Assembly: GCA_021810565.1 (NCBI GenBank)
Contig: JAJZIM010000002.1
Span: 18,429-82,428 of the forward strand
Reading direction: 5' to 3'
Length of the DNA: 64,000 nt
From: Bacillota bacterium
GTDB lineage: Bacteria; Bacillota; Sulfobacillia; JAJZIM01
Below, piece after piece: positions 46,063 through 56,004 of the stretch; position 1 is the stretch's first letter; every line of letters begins with the position of its first letter. The notes beneath the pieces are model-generated. The model was given only the letters and a program-made list of their open reading frames with translations. It ran no database searches and had not been told where the DNA came from. The translations under genes were made by a program, and so were the position numbers.

Positions 46063-47358
46063 TCATGCCTCCCCGCCGTACCGGACCGCCGCAGCGCGCA
46101 GGGCTCCCACCAGGTACAAGGAGCCCGCCGCCACCACCAGTTCCTCCGGATCCGCCTCGGCCAGGGCGCGCTCCAGGGCGGCGGCAGGCTCGGGCTCCAC
46201 CACCGTGACGAAGCCGCGGGCGCGGGCCAGGGCGGCCAATTCCTCGGGCGGCAGCGTGCGCGGATTGGGCACCCGGGTGCACACCAGCTGCGGTCCCGCC
46301 TCGGCCAGGGCGTCCAGGATCCCCGGGGCATCCTTGTCCGCCAAGACCCCCAGCACCAAGCGCACCCGCCGACCGGGGAAGTGCTCCCGCAGGGCCGCCG
46401 CCATGGCCGCCGCCCCCGCCGGGTTGTGGGCCCCGTCCAAGATCAGTTCCGGCCGTCCCGGAAAGAGCTCCAGGCGCCCCGGCCAGCGAACCGCCGCCAG
46501 GCCCCGCCGCACCGCGTCCTCCCCCACCGGCAGGCCCTCCTCCATCGCCAGCTCCGCCGCCCCCACGGCAAGCATGGCGTTCTCCAGTTGGTGGCGTCCC
46601 AGGAGCGGCAACGTGACCCCCCGGTAGATGCCCCGCCGCCCCTGCAGGGTCCCCTGCCAGCCCCGGTCGGTGGGCCGGGCCTCCCGCCAGGCCAACTCCT
46701 GGGCCGCGAAATGCAGGGGAGCTCCGGCCGAGTGCGCCGCCGCCTCCAGCACCCGGCGCACTTCCGGACCTGCGGGAGCCGAGAGCACCGGCCGTCCCGG
46801 CTTGATAATCCCCGCCTTCTCCCCGGCGATGGCGGCCAAGGTGTCGCCCAGCCGGTCCTGGTGATCCAGCCCGATGCTGCAGATGACCGACACCAGGGGC
46901 GACTCCACCACGTTGGTGGCGTCGTGGCGCCCCCCCAGCCCCACCTCCAGCACCACCGGATCCGCCTCGGCCCAGGCGTAGTAGGCGAAGGCCAGGGCGG
47001 TGACCGCCTCGAACTCGGTGGGAGACTCCGCCAAGCCGGCGGCGGCCTCCCGCACCCGCTCTGCCCAGCGCCCCACCTGGGACGGCGGGATCTCTTCCCC
47101 CGCCAAGCGGATCCGCTCGGTGAAGCGCTCCAAATAGGGCGAGGTGTAAAGCCCGGGCCGGTACCCGGCCGTGCGCAGGATGGAGTCCAGCATGGCGCAG
47201 GTGGAGCCCTTGCCGTTGGTGCCGGCGACATGCAGCACCCGCAAGCGCCGCTGCGGGTCGCCCATCCGGGACAGCATCGCCCGGACGCGCTCCAGCCCCA
47301 GCCGGATGCCGAAGCGGTTCAGACCCTCCAACCAATCCAAGGCTTGCTCGTATTGCAT
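46063..47358 (-). CDS. folC: bifunctional folylpolyglutamate synthase/dihydrofolate synthase FolC
   Basis: Trimmed to M72 (cat at 47356-47358): MQYEQALDWLEGLNRFGIRLGLERVRAML...VAGTNGKGST... Sits 13 nt after the valS stop. Confidence 0.9.
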   Translation of the reverse strand: MQYEQALDWLEGLNRFGIRLGLERVRAMLSRMGDPQRRLRVLHVAGTNGKGSTCAMLDSILRTAGYRPGLYTSPYLERFTERIRLAGEEIPPSQVGRWAERVREAAAGLAESPTEFEAVTALAFAYYAWAEADPVVLEVGLGGRHDATNVVESPLVSVICSIGLDHQDRLGDTLAAIAGEKAGIIKPGRPVLSAPAGPEVRRVLEAAAHSAGAPLHFAAQELAWREARPTDRGWQGTLQGRRGIYRGVTLPLLGRHQLENAMLAVGAAELAMEEGLPVGEDAVRRGLAAVRWPGRLELFPGRPELILDGAHNPAGAAAMAAALREHFPGRRVRLVLGVLADKDAPGILDALAEAGPQLVCTRVPNPRTLPPEELAALARARGFVTVVEPEPAAALERALAEADPEELVVAAGSLYLVGALRAAAVRYGGEA

Positions 47359-47371
47359 GTCTGCCTCTCCT

Positions 47372-49990
47372 TCAGCGCAAGGCCAGCAGGGTTTCCTCCA
47401 GCTTGCGCAACCGCTCCCCCAGGTCCTGGCGTCGGGCGCGCTCCTTCTCCACCACCTGGGCGGGCGCCTTGGCCACGAAGGCCGGGTTCTCCAGCTTCGC
47501 CGTGACGCGCTCCAGCTCCCGGCGTGCCGCCGCGGCCTCCCGCTCCAGCCGGGCCGTCTCCCGGACCACATCGATCAGTCCCTCCACCGGCAGCAACAGC
47601 TCCAGGCCCCGGGCCCGCCCCGACACCGAGCGCAGCGGCGGTGCCTCGGCGGCGATAAACCGCGTCACGGACAAGTCCGCCAGTTGCCGCACGTAGGGCA
47701 GGCCCGGACGCAGGAACTCCTCCACCTCCGGGGAATCCGCCCGCAGGTACAGCTGGGCCGGACGGCCCGGCGGCACGCCCACCACCTGGCGCAGATTCCG
47801 CGCCGTCCGGGTGACCTCCTGGACCAATTCCATCCGCTCCAAGGCGTCCGGGTAGCTCTCCGCCCCGCCCTCAGGCCAGGCGGCCACCGTCAGGCTCTCT
47901 CCGGTGCCCGGCAGACGGTGCCAGATCTCCTCGGTCACGAAGGGCACGAAGGGATGCAATAGGCGCAAGGTCCCCTCCAGCACCCGGTACAGCGTGGCCT
48001 GGGCCGCCGCGCGTCCCGGGGCGCGGCCCGCCAGCCGCTCCTTGACCAACTCGATGTACCAGTCGCACAGCTCCCCCCAGAAGAACTCCTGCAGCACCCG
48101 CCCCGCCTCGCCCAGCTCGTAGGACTCCAGCAGTTCGGTGGCCTGGGCGGCCACCCGGTGGTGGCGGGAGAGGATCCAGCGGTCGGCCAGCTCCAGCTCC
48201 TCCGACCGCGCTCCCGGGTCGAAGTCTCGCAGGTTCAGCCAGGCGAAGCGGGCGGCGTTCCAGATCTTGTTGGTGAAATTGCGGCCGGCCTCCACCCGCT
48301 CCCAGGAGAAGCGCAGGTCGTTGCCGGGCGAGTTGCCGGTGATCAGGGCGAAGCGCAGCGCGTCCGCGCCGTACCGGTCGATAACCTCTGCAGGATCGAT
48401 GCCGTTGCCCAAGGATTTGGACATCTTGCGCCCCAACTCGTCACGGACGATGCCGTGGATCAGCACGTCCCGGAAAGGCACCTGCCCCGTGAGCTTTAGA
48501 GCCTGGAAGATCATCCGCGCCACCCAAAAGAAGATGATGTCGTAGCCGGTGACCAGCACCGCGGTGGGGTAGAAGAAGCGCAGTTCCGGCGTGTCCTCCG
48601 GCCATCCCAGGGTGGAGAAAGGCCACAGGGCGGAGCTGAACCAGGTATCCAAGACATCGGGATCCTGTACCAGCTGCGTGCCCCCGCACTTGGGGCACCG
48701 AGTCGGCTCCTCCTCGGCCACCACCGTCTCCCCGCAAGGACAGTACCAGGCGGGAATGCGATGCCCCCACCAAAGCTGACGGGAGATGCACCAGTCCTCC
48801 ACCCGCTCCAGCCAGTTGAGGTAGACCCGGGTGAAGCGCTCCGGCACGAAGCGCACCTGCCCGGTCAGCGCCGCCCGGGCCGCCGGCTGCGCCAGGGGGC
48901 CCATCCGCACGAACCACTGGTCCGAGACCAAGGGCTCCACCACCGTACCACAGCGGGAGCAATGCCCCACGGCGTGGGTGTGCTCACGCACTTCCTCCAG
49001 CAGGCCTTGGCGCTCCAACTCAGCCACCACCGCCCGACGCGCCTCGTAGCGGTCCAGGTCCCGGAAGGGACCGGCCTCGGGGGTCATGCGGGCATCCAGA
49101 CCGATGACCACGATCCTGGGCAAGCCGTGGCGCTCTCCGATCTGGAAGTCCGTCGGGTCGTGGGCCGGCGTCACCTTCACCGCCCCGGTCCCGAACTCCC
49201 GCTCCACCGCCTCGTCCGCCACCACCGGGATCTGCCGACCCAGAAGGGGCAGGCGCAGGCTTCTCCCCACCAGGGAAGCGTAGCGGGGATCCTCCGGGTG
49301 CACGGCCACCGCCGTATCGCCCAGCATGGTCTCCGGTCGGGTCGTCGCCACCGTGACTTCCCCGGAGCCGTCGGCCGCGGGATACCTTATGTGCCATAGG
49401 TGGCCGGGCAGCTCCCGGTGCTCCACCTCGATGTCCGACAGCGCGGTGCCGCAGCGGGGGCACCAGTTGATGATGCGCTGACCCCGGTAGATCAGCCCCT
49501 GACGGTACAGGCGCACGAAAGTGGTCCGCACCGCCCGGGACAGGCCGGGGTCCAGGGTGAAACGCTCCCGCGACCAGTCGCAGGAGGCGCCCAGGCGTTG
49601 CAGTTGGCGGGGGATGATTCCGCCGTAGCGCTCCTTCCAGGCCCACACCCGCTCCAGGAAGGCCTCCCGCCCCAGCTCCTGGCGCGTCAGGCCCTCGCGC
49701 CGCAACTCCTCCTCCACCTTGGTCTGGGTGGCGATGCCGGCGTGGTCGGTGCCGGGCAGCCACAAGACCGCGTACCCCTGCATCCGCCGCCAGCGCGCCA
49801 GGATGTCCTGGAGGGTGCTGTCCAAAGCGTGCCCCAGGTGCAGGATGCCGGTGACGTTGGGCGGCGGGATGACGATGCAAAAAGGCGTCCGGTCCGGATC
49901 CACCTCGGCCCGGAAGTAAGCGCCCTCCAGCCAGCGGTGGTACCAACCCTCCTCCACCGCCTGCGGGTCATATGCCTTGGGAAACTCCAA
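47372..49990 (-). CDS. valS: valine--tRNA ligase ValS
   Basis: 883-aa track ORF. The annotated ATG lies inside the T-box terminator U-tract. The likely true start is TTG at 49990 (RBS GAGGAGGG + 7 nt): (M)[19 protein letters not shown]... Class I motifs: HLGH, KMSKS, plus a C-terminal coiled coil. Confidence 0.9.
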   Translation of the reverse strand: MEFPKAYDPQAVEEGWYHRWLEGAYFRAEVDPDRTPFCIVIPPPNVTGILHLGHALDSTLQDILARWRRMQGYAVLWLPGTDHAGIATQTKVEEELRREGLTRQELGREAFLERVWAWKERYGGIIPRQLQRLGASCDWSRERFTLDPGLSRAVRTTFVRLYRQGLIYRGQRIINWCPRCGTALSDIEVEHRELPGHLWHIRYPAADGSGEVTVATTRPETMLGDTAVAVHPEDPRYASLVGRSLRLPLLGRQIPVVADEAVEREFGTGAVKVTPAHDPTDFQIGERHGLPRIVVIGLDARMTPEAGPFRDLDRYEARRAVVAELERQGLLEEVREHTHAVGHCSRCGTVVEPLVSDQWFVRMGPLAQPAARAALTGQVRFVPERFTRVYLNWLERVEDWCISRQLWWGHRIPAWYCPCGETVVAEEEPTRCPKCGGTQLVQDPDVLDTWFSSALWPFSTLGWPEDTPELRFFYPTAVLVTGYDIIFFWVARMIFQALKLTGQVPFRDVLIHGIVRDELGRKMSKSLGNGIDPAEVIDRYGADALRFALITGNSPGNDLRFSWERVEAGRNFTNKIWNAARFAWLNLRDFDPGARSEELELADRWILSRHHRVAAQATELLESYELGEAGRVLQEFFWGELCDWYIELVKERLAGRAPGRAAAQATLYRVLEGTLRLLHPFVPFVTEEIWHRLPGTGESLTVAAWPEGGAESYPDALERMELVQEVTRTARNLRQVVGVPPGRPAQLYLRADSPEVEEFLRPGLPYVRQLADLSVTRFIAAEAPPLRSVSGRARGLELLLPVEGLIDVVRETARLEREAAAARRELERVTAKLENPAFVAKAPAQVVEKERARRQDLGERLRKLEETLLALR

Positions 49991-50010
49991 ACCGGCGCCC
50001 TCCTCATCAA

Positions 50011-50232
50011 CACTAAAAATCAATCCCTCTCACCGTCAAGGGCGAAAGGGATGCTTCCGCGGTACCACCTTGTTTTCCGCCGCAGCGGGCGCTGTGTGGG
50101 CTTTAACGGGCCCGCCGCTCGGCTCGGGGGCGACCTTCGAGCTGCCCGAAACCTGGGGAGCCTTCCACCCGCGGACTCCCCTCGCTGCAGGGCGGCAGCC
50201 CTACTCCTCCCCCTCCTGGCCGTTATCCCTAT
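50011..50232 (-). promoter_or_regulatory. T-box riboswitch leader of valS
   Basis: Minus-strand T-box consensus AACAAGGUGGUACCGCGG (plus 50057-50072) followed by terminator AUCCCUUUCGCC/GGUGAGAGGGAU (plus 50023-50052) and then UGAUUUUUAG. A GGUC (Val GUC) lies in the upstream leader. Confidence 0.75.
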
Positions 50233-50239
50233 CGTCCCG

Positions 50240-50268
50240 AATATACCGGAAAGCCCGCCCGCTGTCAA
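50240..50268 (-). promoter_or_regulatory. sigmaA promoter driving the valS T-box leader
   Basis: Minus strand TTGACA (plus 50263-50268) - 17 nt - TATATT (plus 50240-50245). Confidence 0.65.
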
Positions 50269-50347
50269 CGCGCCCCGCCGACCGGGTCATGCCCCCCGGC
50301 GCGGGGGCATAGCTTCTGAAAGACCACGGTCCGAAAGGAGCTGAGGG

Positions 50348-51853
50348 ATGCGCGGCAACACCGTCCTGCAGGGCACCCTGATCCTGCTGGCCGCCGGCCT
50401 GTTCACCCGCTTCCTGGGCTTCTTCTACCGGATCCTGCTCTCCCGCCTGGTCGGTCTGGAAGCCATGGGCCTCATCCAGATGGTCTTCCCCGTGCTCCTG
50501 TTTGCCACCACCCTGGCCACCGCCGGACTTCCGGTGGCCATCGCCAAGCTGGTGGCCGAGAAGAGCGCCCGGGGCGACACCCGCGGCATCGCCGCCGTGC
50601 TGCGCGCCTCTACCCTGCTGGTGCTGGCGACCTCCGGCACCTTCTCCCTGGCCATCCTCTTGAGCGCCCGCTTCCTGTCCACCCACCTCCTCTCGGATCC
50701 GCGCTCCTACTACCCGCTGCTGGCCCTGGGGCCCGGCATCGTGATCATCTCCCTGGGTTCCATCCTGCGCGGCTACTTCCAGGGACTGCAGAGCATGACG
50801 CCCGCCGCCGCGGCCCAAGTGGTGGAACAGGTCACCCGCATCGCCGGCGCCCTGATCCTGCTGGGCTTTTTCCTGCCGCTGGGCCCGGGCTATGCCGCCG
50901 CCGGGGCGGTCCTGGGCATGATGCTGGGAGAGGTGGGCGGAGTGCTGACCCTGCTGCTGTTTTTCCGGGCTCGCCCCCGTCTCCTCCCCGGCGGTGCCGT
51001 GCCCGGCCTGGGTTCGCTGCGAGAGGTGCTCTCCCTCTCGCTGCCCGTGACCCTCACCCGCTTGGTCAACTCCGGCACGGAGGTCCTGGACGCCACGGTG
51101 ATCCCCCGTCGCCTGGAGGCCAGCGGCATGCCCCGGGACGCCGCCACCGCCTTCTTCGGAGCCCTCACCGGGATGGCGGTGCCGCTCTTGTTCTTCCCCG
51201 CCGTCATCACCTCCTCCCTCTCCACCGCCCTGGTGCCGGCCATCTCCGAAGCCACCGTCGCCCGGGATCTGCGCCTGGCCCGCCGCCGCGCCGAGCAGGC
51301 CATCTTCGCCACCATCCTGGTGGCCCTGCCTTCCGGCGCCGCGTTCCTGGTCCTGGGCCATCCCCTGGGGCAGCTGTTCTACGGCCACCGGGAGGTGGGA
51401 GACCTGATGGTCCCCTTGGCCGTGGCCGCCCCTTTCCTGTACTTGGAGCAAACCCTGTCCGCGGTTTTCCGAGGTCTGGGGCGCCCCACCGTCCCCATGG
51501 GCAACGGGATCGTCGGCTCCACCCTGCGCCTGGGCATCATCTATTTCTTGGCCGCCGTCCCCGCCTTGGGAGTGCGAGCGGTGCTGTGGGGCATCGTGGC
51601 CGACCTGGCCCTGTGCTTCTCCCTGAACTTCGCCGCTTTGGGCCGAGTGCTCTCCCTGGGCGTGGACCTCAAGAACTGGCTGGGCAAGCCCCTTTTGGCC
51701 ACCGGGGTGATGCTGGTCGCCACCTGGTGGGGCTACACCACCCTGGCTCAGCGGGGCGAGCTTACCGCCGTGGGCGGTGCCCTGGTCCTCGGCGGGGCGG
51801 GCTACCTGCTCTGCCTCCTGGGCACCCGAGGCCTGCGCCCGTTGCGCTCGTGA
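50348..51853 (+). CDS. spoVB: stage V sporulation protein B-like MOP-superfamily (MurJ/Wzx-like) polysaccharide transporter
   Basis: MRGNTVLQGTLILLAAGLFTRFLGFFYRILLSRLVGLEAMGLIQMVFPVLLF... (compare B. subtilis SpoVB MSKQTFLKGTLILIAAGMVTRMLGFVNRVVIAR), 501 aa, ~14 TM. Confidence 0.75.
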   Translation: MRGNTVLQGTLILLAAGLFTRFLGFFYRILLSRLVGLEAMGLIQMVFPVLLFATTLATAGLPVAIAKLVAEKSARGDTRGIAAVLRASTLLVLATSGTFSLAILLSARFLSTHLLSDPRSYYPLLALGPGIVIISLGSILRGYFQGLQSMTPAAAAQVVEQVTRIAGALILLGFFLPLGPGYAAAGAVLGMMLGEVGGVLTLLLFFRARPRLLPGGAVPGLGSLREVLSLSLPVTLTRLVNSGTEVLDATVIPRRLEASGMPRDAATAFFGALTGMAVPLLFFPAVITSSLSTALVPAISEATVARDLRLARRRAEQAIFATILVALPSGAAFLVLGHPLGQLFYGHREVGDLMVPLAVAAPFLYLEQTLSAVFRGLGRPTVPMGNGIVGSTLRLGIIYFLAAVPALGVRAVLWGIVADLALCFSLNFAALGRVLSLGVDLKNWLGKPLLATGVMLVATWWGYTTLAQRGELTAVGGALVLGGAGYLLCLLGTRGLRPLRS

Positions 51854-51885
51854 GGCGGCCTGGCCGCCCGCCCCGGGCCGGCGCC

Positions 51886-52407
51886 CTACGGGCCCAGCTT
51901 CAGGGAGTTCCCGACCGCCGAAGGCGCCCGCAGCCGCTGAAGCCCCTCCGGGCGGCGCAGGCTCATCAGGAGCAGCGGACGTTCCACCCGGCCCCCGCCG
52001 CGCAGGAGGCCCTCCTTGACGAAGCCGCACTTCAGGTAGCAGCGCACGGCCGGCCGATTGTCGGCGTGCACCCGCAGGTAGACCCGCTCCAGGCCCAGGA
52101 CCTCGAAGGCGTAGCGTACCGCGGTGCGCACGGCGTCCGTGCCGTAGCCCCGGCTCCGCTGGGATTCCTCCCCGATATGGACCCAAAGCTCCGCGGTGCG
52201 CTGCCGCCAGGCGATGTGCTCCAGGGCGATCTGCCCGATGAATTCCCCGCCGCGGGTGTCGATGGCCAACACCCGCCGATCGGAGCGCCGGCCGAAGCCC
52301 GCCTGGGCCACGCCGGCGTTCCCCTGGGCCGCCTCCCGCCACTGCCGCAGCCGCGGCCCGTCACCGGCACCGACGGGTCGCAGCCTGATATGCTCACCTT
52401 CCAGCAA
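51886..52407 (-). CDS. GNAT-family N-acetyltransferase
   Basis: 173 aa: ...IGQIALEHIAWRQRTAELWVHIGEESQRSRGYGTDAVRTAVRYAFEVLGLERVYLRVHADNRPAVRCYLKCGF... Confidence 0.8.
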   Translation of the reverse strand: MLEGEHIRLRPVGAGDGPRLRQWREAAQGNAGVAQAGFGRRSDRRVLAIDTRGGEFIGQIALEHIAWRQRTAELWVHIGEESQRSRGYGTDAVRTAVRYAFEVLGLERVYLRVHADNRPAVRCYLKCGFVKEGLLRGGGRVERPLLLMSLRRPEGLQRLRAPSAVGNSLKLGP

Positions 52408-52496
52408 GATCCGCCACCCTTTCCTCCGGTTGATCGACCCTGAATTCGCCGGAGTGGCGGCCCCCTCCTCCAGAAACTGTTTGCCAATTCATTCCG

Positions 52497-53054
52497 TCAC
52501 GACGCCGAGTTGCCTTCCACTGCCCCCACGGCGTAGTCCGCCAGATCCACCTCCCGGAAGTTCCCGGGCTTTAGCGCCTTCAGCAGCACTCCCGGCGCCT
52601 CCCGGTCCGACTCGAGGGTTAGGATCTCCAGATCGGCGAAGATCCGGACGCAGTCCGCCAACTCGAACCGCCAGCAGTCTTCGGGAAAGTCGTGGCGGGG
52701 AAAGCCCCGGGAACGGGTGGTGAGCAGCAGCACCCCGCCCGACCGCAGCACCCCCTTCAGGTTATGCACCGCCTCCCGCCAGCGTCGGGCGTGCTCCAGC
52801 ATCTCCGTGCACAGGACGAGGTCGAAGGAGGCCTCTCCGAAGCGGGCCAAGAGGTCGCAGGCGTCGCAGATCTCGTCCACGCCCGGACCCGGCTGCAGAT
52901 CCACCCCCAGATAGCGGCGCGGCTGCATGGCCTGCACCACCCCCCGCAGGCTGCCGTTAACATCCAGGGCACCCACCTCCAACACCTCCCGCCCGTCCAC
53001 CTCCGCTGGCGTCAACTGGCGGGCCCCGAAATCCAGGCAGGCGGCATGGCACAC
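52497..53054 (-). CDS. class I SAM-dependent methyltransferase
   Basis: Track ORF 52497..53276 trimmed to a GTG start (V75; RBS GGAAGGAGGAG + 5 nt): (M)CHAACLDFGARQLTPAEVDGREVLEVGALDVNGSL... 22 nt downstream of the GT2 stop. Confidence 0.7.
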   Translation of the reverse strand: MCHAACLDFGARQLTPAEVDGREVLEVGALDVNGSLRGVVQAMQPRRYLGVDLQPGPGVDEICDACDLLARFGEASFDLVLCTEMLEHARRWREAVHNLKGVLRSGGVLLLTTRSRGFPRHDFPEDCWRFELADCVRIFADLEILTLESDREAPGVLLKALKPGNFREVDLADYAVGAVEGNSAS

Positions 53055-53076
53055 CGTCGCTCCTCCTTCCGTTCGA

Positions 53077-53874
53077 TCAGGGCAGCTCGTGCCGCAGGGT
53101 GAAGTCCTCCTCCGCGTACACCGGCATGAACCAGCTCCATTTCTCCTGCAGGTAGGCGAAGTTGCGATCGAACTCCGCCCGGTCCCCCTCCTCTCCCCCG
53201 AGACGCTCGTCGATCCAACGCCGATAGGCGGGGGAGCAACTGGTGGTGCCGCCCGGGTGGTGGCAGGAAACGCCAACCACCGCGTTGCGGTAGCCCGCCG
53301 CCAAGGAGGCCAGGGACGCGTCGCAGTCGTAGAAATGGTGGTAGCGAAAGTGGGGATCGAAGCCGCCGGTGCGCTCCAGGCACTCCCGCCGGAAGATCAG
53401 GCAGCAGCCGTCCAACAGAACCACGGGCAGGTACGCCCGCTGGAGGCGTGCCCCGTGGTTCTCGGCGTTCACCAGGTTGGAGCAGGGCTCCACCCGGCTG
53501 CCGCCGTTGGAGGTGCCCCGGGAACCGTGAAAGCCGGCCATCCCCAGGAAGGGTAAGCGCGCGAACAGGTCCAGTACCCGCTGATCCCAGCCGCGCTCGT
53601 AGATGTGCAGGTCGTTGTGGAGACAGGCGACGATCTCCCCGTCTGCCGCCGCGCAGCCCTGGCGCAGGGCCGCCACCACCCCCACGTTCTCCGCATTGCG
53701 CAAGACCCGCAGCTCGGCCACTGCCGGACGCACCTGGCGTTCCAGGTAGGAGGGGGTGTCGTCGGTGGAGCCGTTGTCCACCACCACCAACTGGAACGGG
53801 GCGGTCGAGTTGCGCCGCAAAAGCTCCCAAGTGGCGGCGGTGGTCTCCAGTTGGTTCAGCACCGGGATCACCAC
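53077..53874 (-). CDS. GT2-family glycosyltransferase
   Basis: [23 protein letters not shown]...[12 protein letters not shown]...[14 protein letters not shown]... (GT-A), 265 aa. Confidence 0.75.
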   Translation of the reverse strand: MVIPVLNQLETTAATWELLRRNSTAPFQLVVVDNGSTDDTPSYLERQVRPAVAELRVLRNAENVGVVAALRQGCAAADGEIVACLHNDLHIYERGWDQRVLDLFARLPFLGMAGFHGSRGTSNGGSRVEPCSNLVNAENHGARLQRAYLPVVLLDGCCLIFRRECLERTGGFDPHFRYHHFYDCDASLASLAAGYRNAVVGVSCHHPGGTTSCSPAYRRWIDERLGGEEGDRAEFDRNFAYLQEKWSWFMPVYAEEDFTLRHELP

Positions 53875-53942
53875 GGACAGCCGCAGCGGACCTCCCCCCT
53901 TCCGCCGAGATTGCTACATAATATGCGGAGGGGATCCGGGGG

Positions 53943-53971
53943 TTGACTTTGGCCGTCCGGGAATTTATAAT
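53943..53971 (+). promoter_or_regulatory. sigmaA promoter for padR-MFS operon
   Basis: TTGACT (53943-53948) - 17 nt - TATAAT (53966-53971). RBS AAGGGGGAA precedes the ATG at 54021. Confidence 0.65.
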
Positions 53972-54020
53972 GCACGTAACACTGTAAATAGCAGTATTAC
54001 CGGCCAAGGGGGAACTCACC

Positions 54021-54380
54021 ATGGCCCGACGGCCCGCCGGCAAACAATACCGGCATCTGCCCGCCTTCCTGCTGCTGCTCTTGGCCGAGGAGTCCGAGGC
54101 CTACGGCGGCCGGTTGCTGGAGCTTTTGCGCTTTCTGGTCCCCCCCCAGCTGCCGCTGGACAGCGGTGCCGTCTACCGCTGCCTGCACGATCTGGAGGCG
54201 CGGGGGGCGGTCGCCTCTCAGCCGGCGCCGGGGGAGCGGGGCATGCCGCGGCGCATGTACCGAATCACCGCCGCCGGACGAAGGGAACTGGCCGATTGGC
54301 GGGAGGACCTCCGGTTGCGCCGCGACCTTTTGAACCGCTTCCTGGACCGCTACGCCGCTTTGCCCAAGGGGGAGGTCTGA
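54021..54380 (+). CDS. PadR-family transcriptional regulator
   Basis: 119 aa: ...[13 protein letters not shown]...[22 protein letters not shown]...[14 protein letters not shown]... (winged HTH, PadR). Confidence 0.8.
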   Translation: MARRPAGKQYRHLPAFLLLLLAEESEAYGGRLLELLRFLVPPQLPLDSGAVYRCLHDLEARGAVASQPAPGERGMPRRMYRITAAGRRELADWREDLRLRRDLLNRFLDRYAALPKGEV

Positions 54381-54383
54381 TCG

Positions 54384-55529
54384 ATGCGCCTCATAGTGGT
54401 GTTCCTGATCCACATCATCAACGACGGCTACATGAACTTCCTGCCGCCGCTATTGCCCTTCCTGCTGCCGGCCCGCCATCTGACCATCGTGGAGGGGGCT
54501 TTGCTCATCTCCGCGTTCAACCTGATCTCGGCCGTTTCCCAGCCGCTGATGGGCTACCTGGTGGACAACCGCGGCCAGCGCTGGCCGATCTTCGTGGGCA
54601 CGGCCTGGATGGGCACCCTGCTGGGGATCACCGGCCTGGTCCCGTCCTATGCCCTCCTGCTGCCCCTGGTGGCGCTGGCCGCTTTCGGCACCGCCGCCTT
54701 CCACCCCCAGGCGACCTCCCTGGTGGCCCGGCTGTCCTCGGTGGCCCGCCGCGGTCTGGTCATGTCGCTGTTCATCGCCATGGGCAACATCGGCTGGTCC
54801 CTGAGCCCCCTGCTGGAGACCCCGTGGCTGAAGGACCACGGCCTTCCCGGCACCACGATCTTCGTGATCCCCGCCCTGATCGCCGGCGTCCTGCTGCTGG
54901 TCTGGGGCCCGCGGCGCCCGGACACCCGGCCGACCACGGTGCCCTTCAGGGATCTTTGGCGGGCCGTGCGCCGGAAGACGGGACCTTTGAGCGCCCTGAT
55001 CTCCGTGGTGGCGGTGCGCTCCTGGACCTATTTCGGCTTCGTGGCCCTCTTGCCCCTGTACCTGGAGGGGCGCGGCCTGCCGGCGGTGGCCGCCGGCCAG
55101 TCCCTGTCGCTGATGCTGTTCGCCGGCGCCTTCGGCGGCTTCGCGGGCGGGTATCTCTCGGACCTGCACGGCCGGCGGGTGGTCATCGCCACCTCCCTGA
55201 TCCTGACGGTACCCTGCTTCTACCTCTTCCTGCACAGCACCGGCCTCATGTCCATGGTCTTCCTGGCGCTGGCCGGCGCCACGCTCCTGGCTTCCTTCTC
55301 CGTGACCGTGGTCAGCGCCCAGGAGATCCTGCCCAAGAACGCCGCCCTGGCCGGCGGGCTGGTGCTGGGACTCTCCGGCGGCCTGGGCGCCCTGGGCTTG
55401 GCCGCCATCGGCTACCTGGCCCAGGTCCTGGGCCTGCCGACAGCATTGGAGTACGTGACCTTCCTGCCCCTGGCCGCGGCGGCGCTGTCCTTCCTGCTGC
55501 CCGGCAAGCCCAAGGCCACAGCGGCCTAA
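54384..55529 (+). CDS. MFS transporter
   Basis: 381 aa, 12-TM pattern. 3-nt gap after padR. Confidence 0.8.
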   Translation: MRLIVVFLIHIINDGYMNFLPPLLPFLLPARHLTIVEGALLISAFNLISAVSQPLMGYLVDNRGQRWPIFVGTAWMGTLLGITGLVPSYALLLPLVALAAFGTAAFHPQATSLVARLSSVARRGLVMSLFIAMGNIGWSLSPLLETPWLKDHGLPGTTIFVIPALIAGVLLLVWGPRRPDTRPTTVPFRDLWRAVRRKTGPLSALISVVAVRSWTYFGFVALLPLYLEGRGLPAVAAGQSLSLMLFAGAFGGFAGGYLSDLHGRRVVIATSLILTVPCFYLFLHSTGLMSMVFLALAGATLLASFSVTVVSAQEILPKNAALAGGLVLGLSGGLGALGLAAIGYLAQVLGLPTALEYVTFLPLAAAALSFLLPGKPKATAA

Positions 55530-55774
55530 GCGCCGCCAAGCCCGCGCCGCAGGAGGGCCGCCGCCAGGAAGCCGCTGCCGGCGACCGCCGCCAGCCGCAA
55601 GGCCGTCCCCGGCACGGAGCCCGGGTCGTGGCCGAAGAGCAGCACCGCCGTGGTGATGGCCGTCAGGCAGCCCGCCGCCAGGTCGTCCGGCAGCCCCGCG
55701 TATCCCTCTTGTCGGATGTCCCAGGCGACCACGCCGCCCGCCGCCGCCAGGAGCAGGAGGAAAAGAACGATCAT
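55526..55774 (-). CDS. hypothetical small membrane protein
   Basis: 82 aa with two hydrophobic stretches. It lies between the convergent MFS and lon genes. Coding status is doubtful. Confidence 0.3.
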   Translation of the reverse strand: MIVLFLLLLAAAGGVVAWDIRQEGYAGLPDDLAAGCLTAITTAVLLFGHDPGSVPGTALRLAAVAGSGFLAAALLRRGLGGA

Positions 55775-55969
55775 CGACGGCCCTCCTTTATGCAGAATAT
55801 TCTGGTTTTTTCTTTGACAGGACCCCGCCCCCCGCTTCCCCCTCCCCCGGTCGACAAAATGGCCCCCGACCTCCTAAGGCCAGGAGTCATCAACTTTGCC
55901 GTCCTGGTTTCTAAGAAAATTCTAACCGAAGGGCGCCACCCCTGTCAAGATGGTCGCCCAAGTCGAAGA

Positions 55970-55985
55970 GGGCCCGGCCGGGCCC
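55970..55985. terminator. perfect 16-nt GC palindrome (GGGCCCGGCCGGGCCC), candidate bidirectional terminator between lon and MFS
   Basis: ~20 nt 3' of the lon stop. Followed on the minus strand by UCUUCGACUU, a weak U-tract. Confidence 0.4.
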
Positions 55986-56004
55986 CCTCCTTCCTCGCCG
56001 CCGC

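Noticed and set aside
50270-50347. CATAGCTT as a sigmaE-type -10 for spoVB
   Set aside because: Similarity to the CATACAHT consensus is weak and no ATATT-like -35 sits at the right distance. The region is also occupied by the divergent valS promoter.
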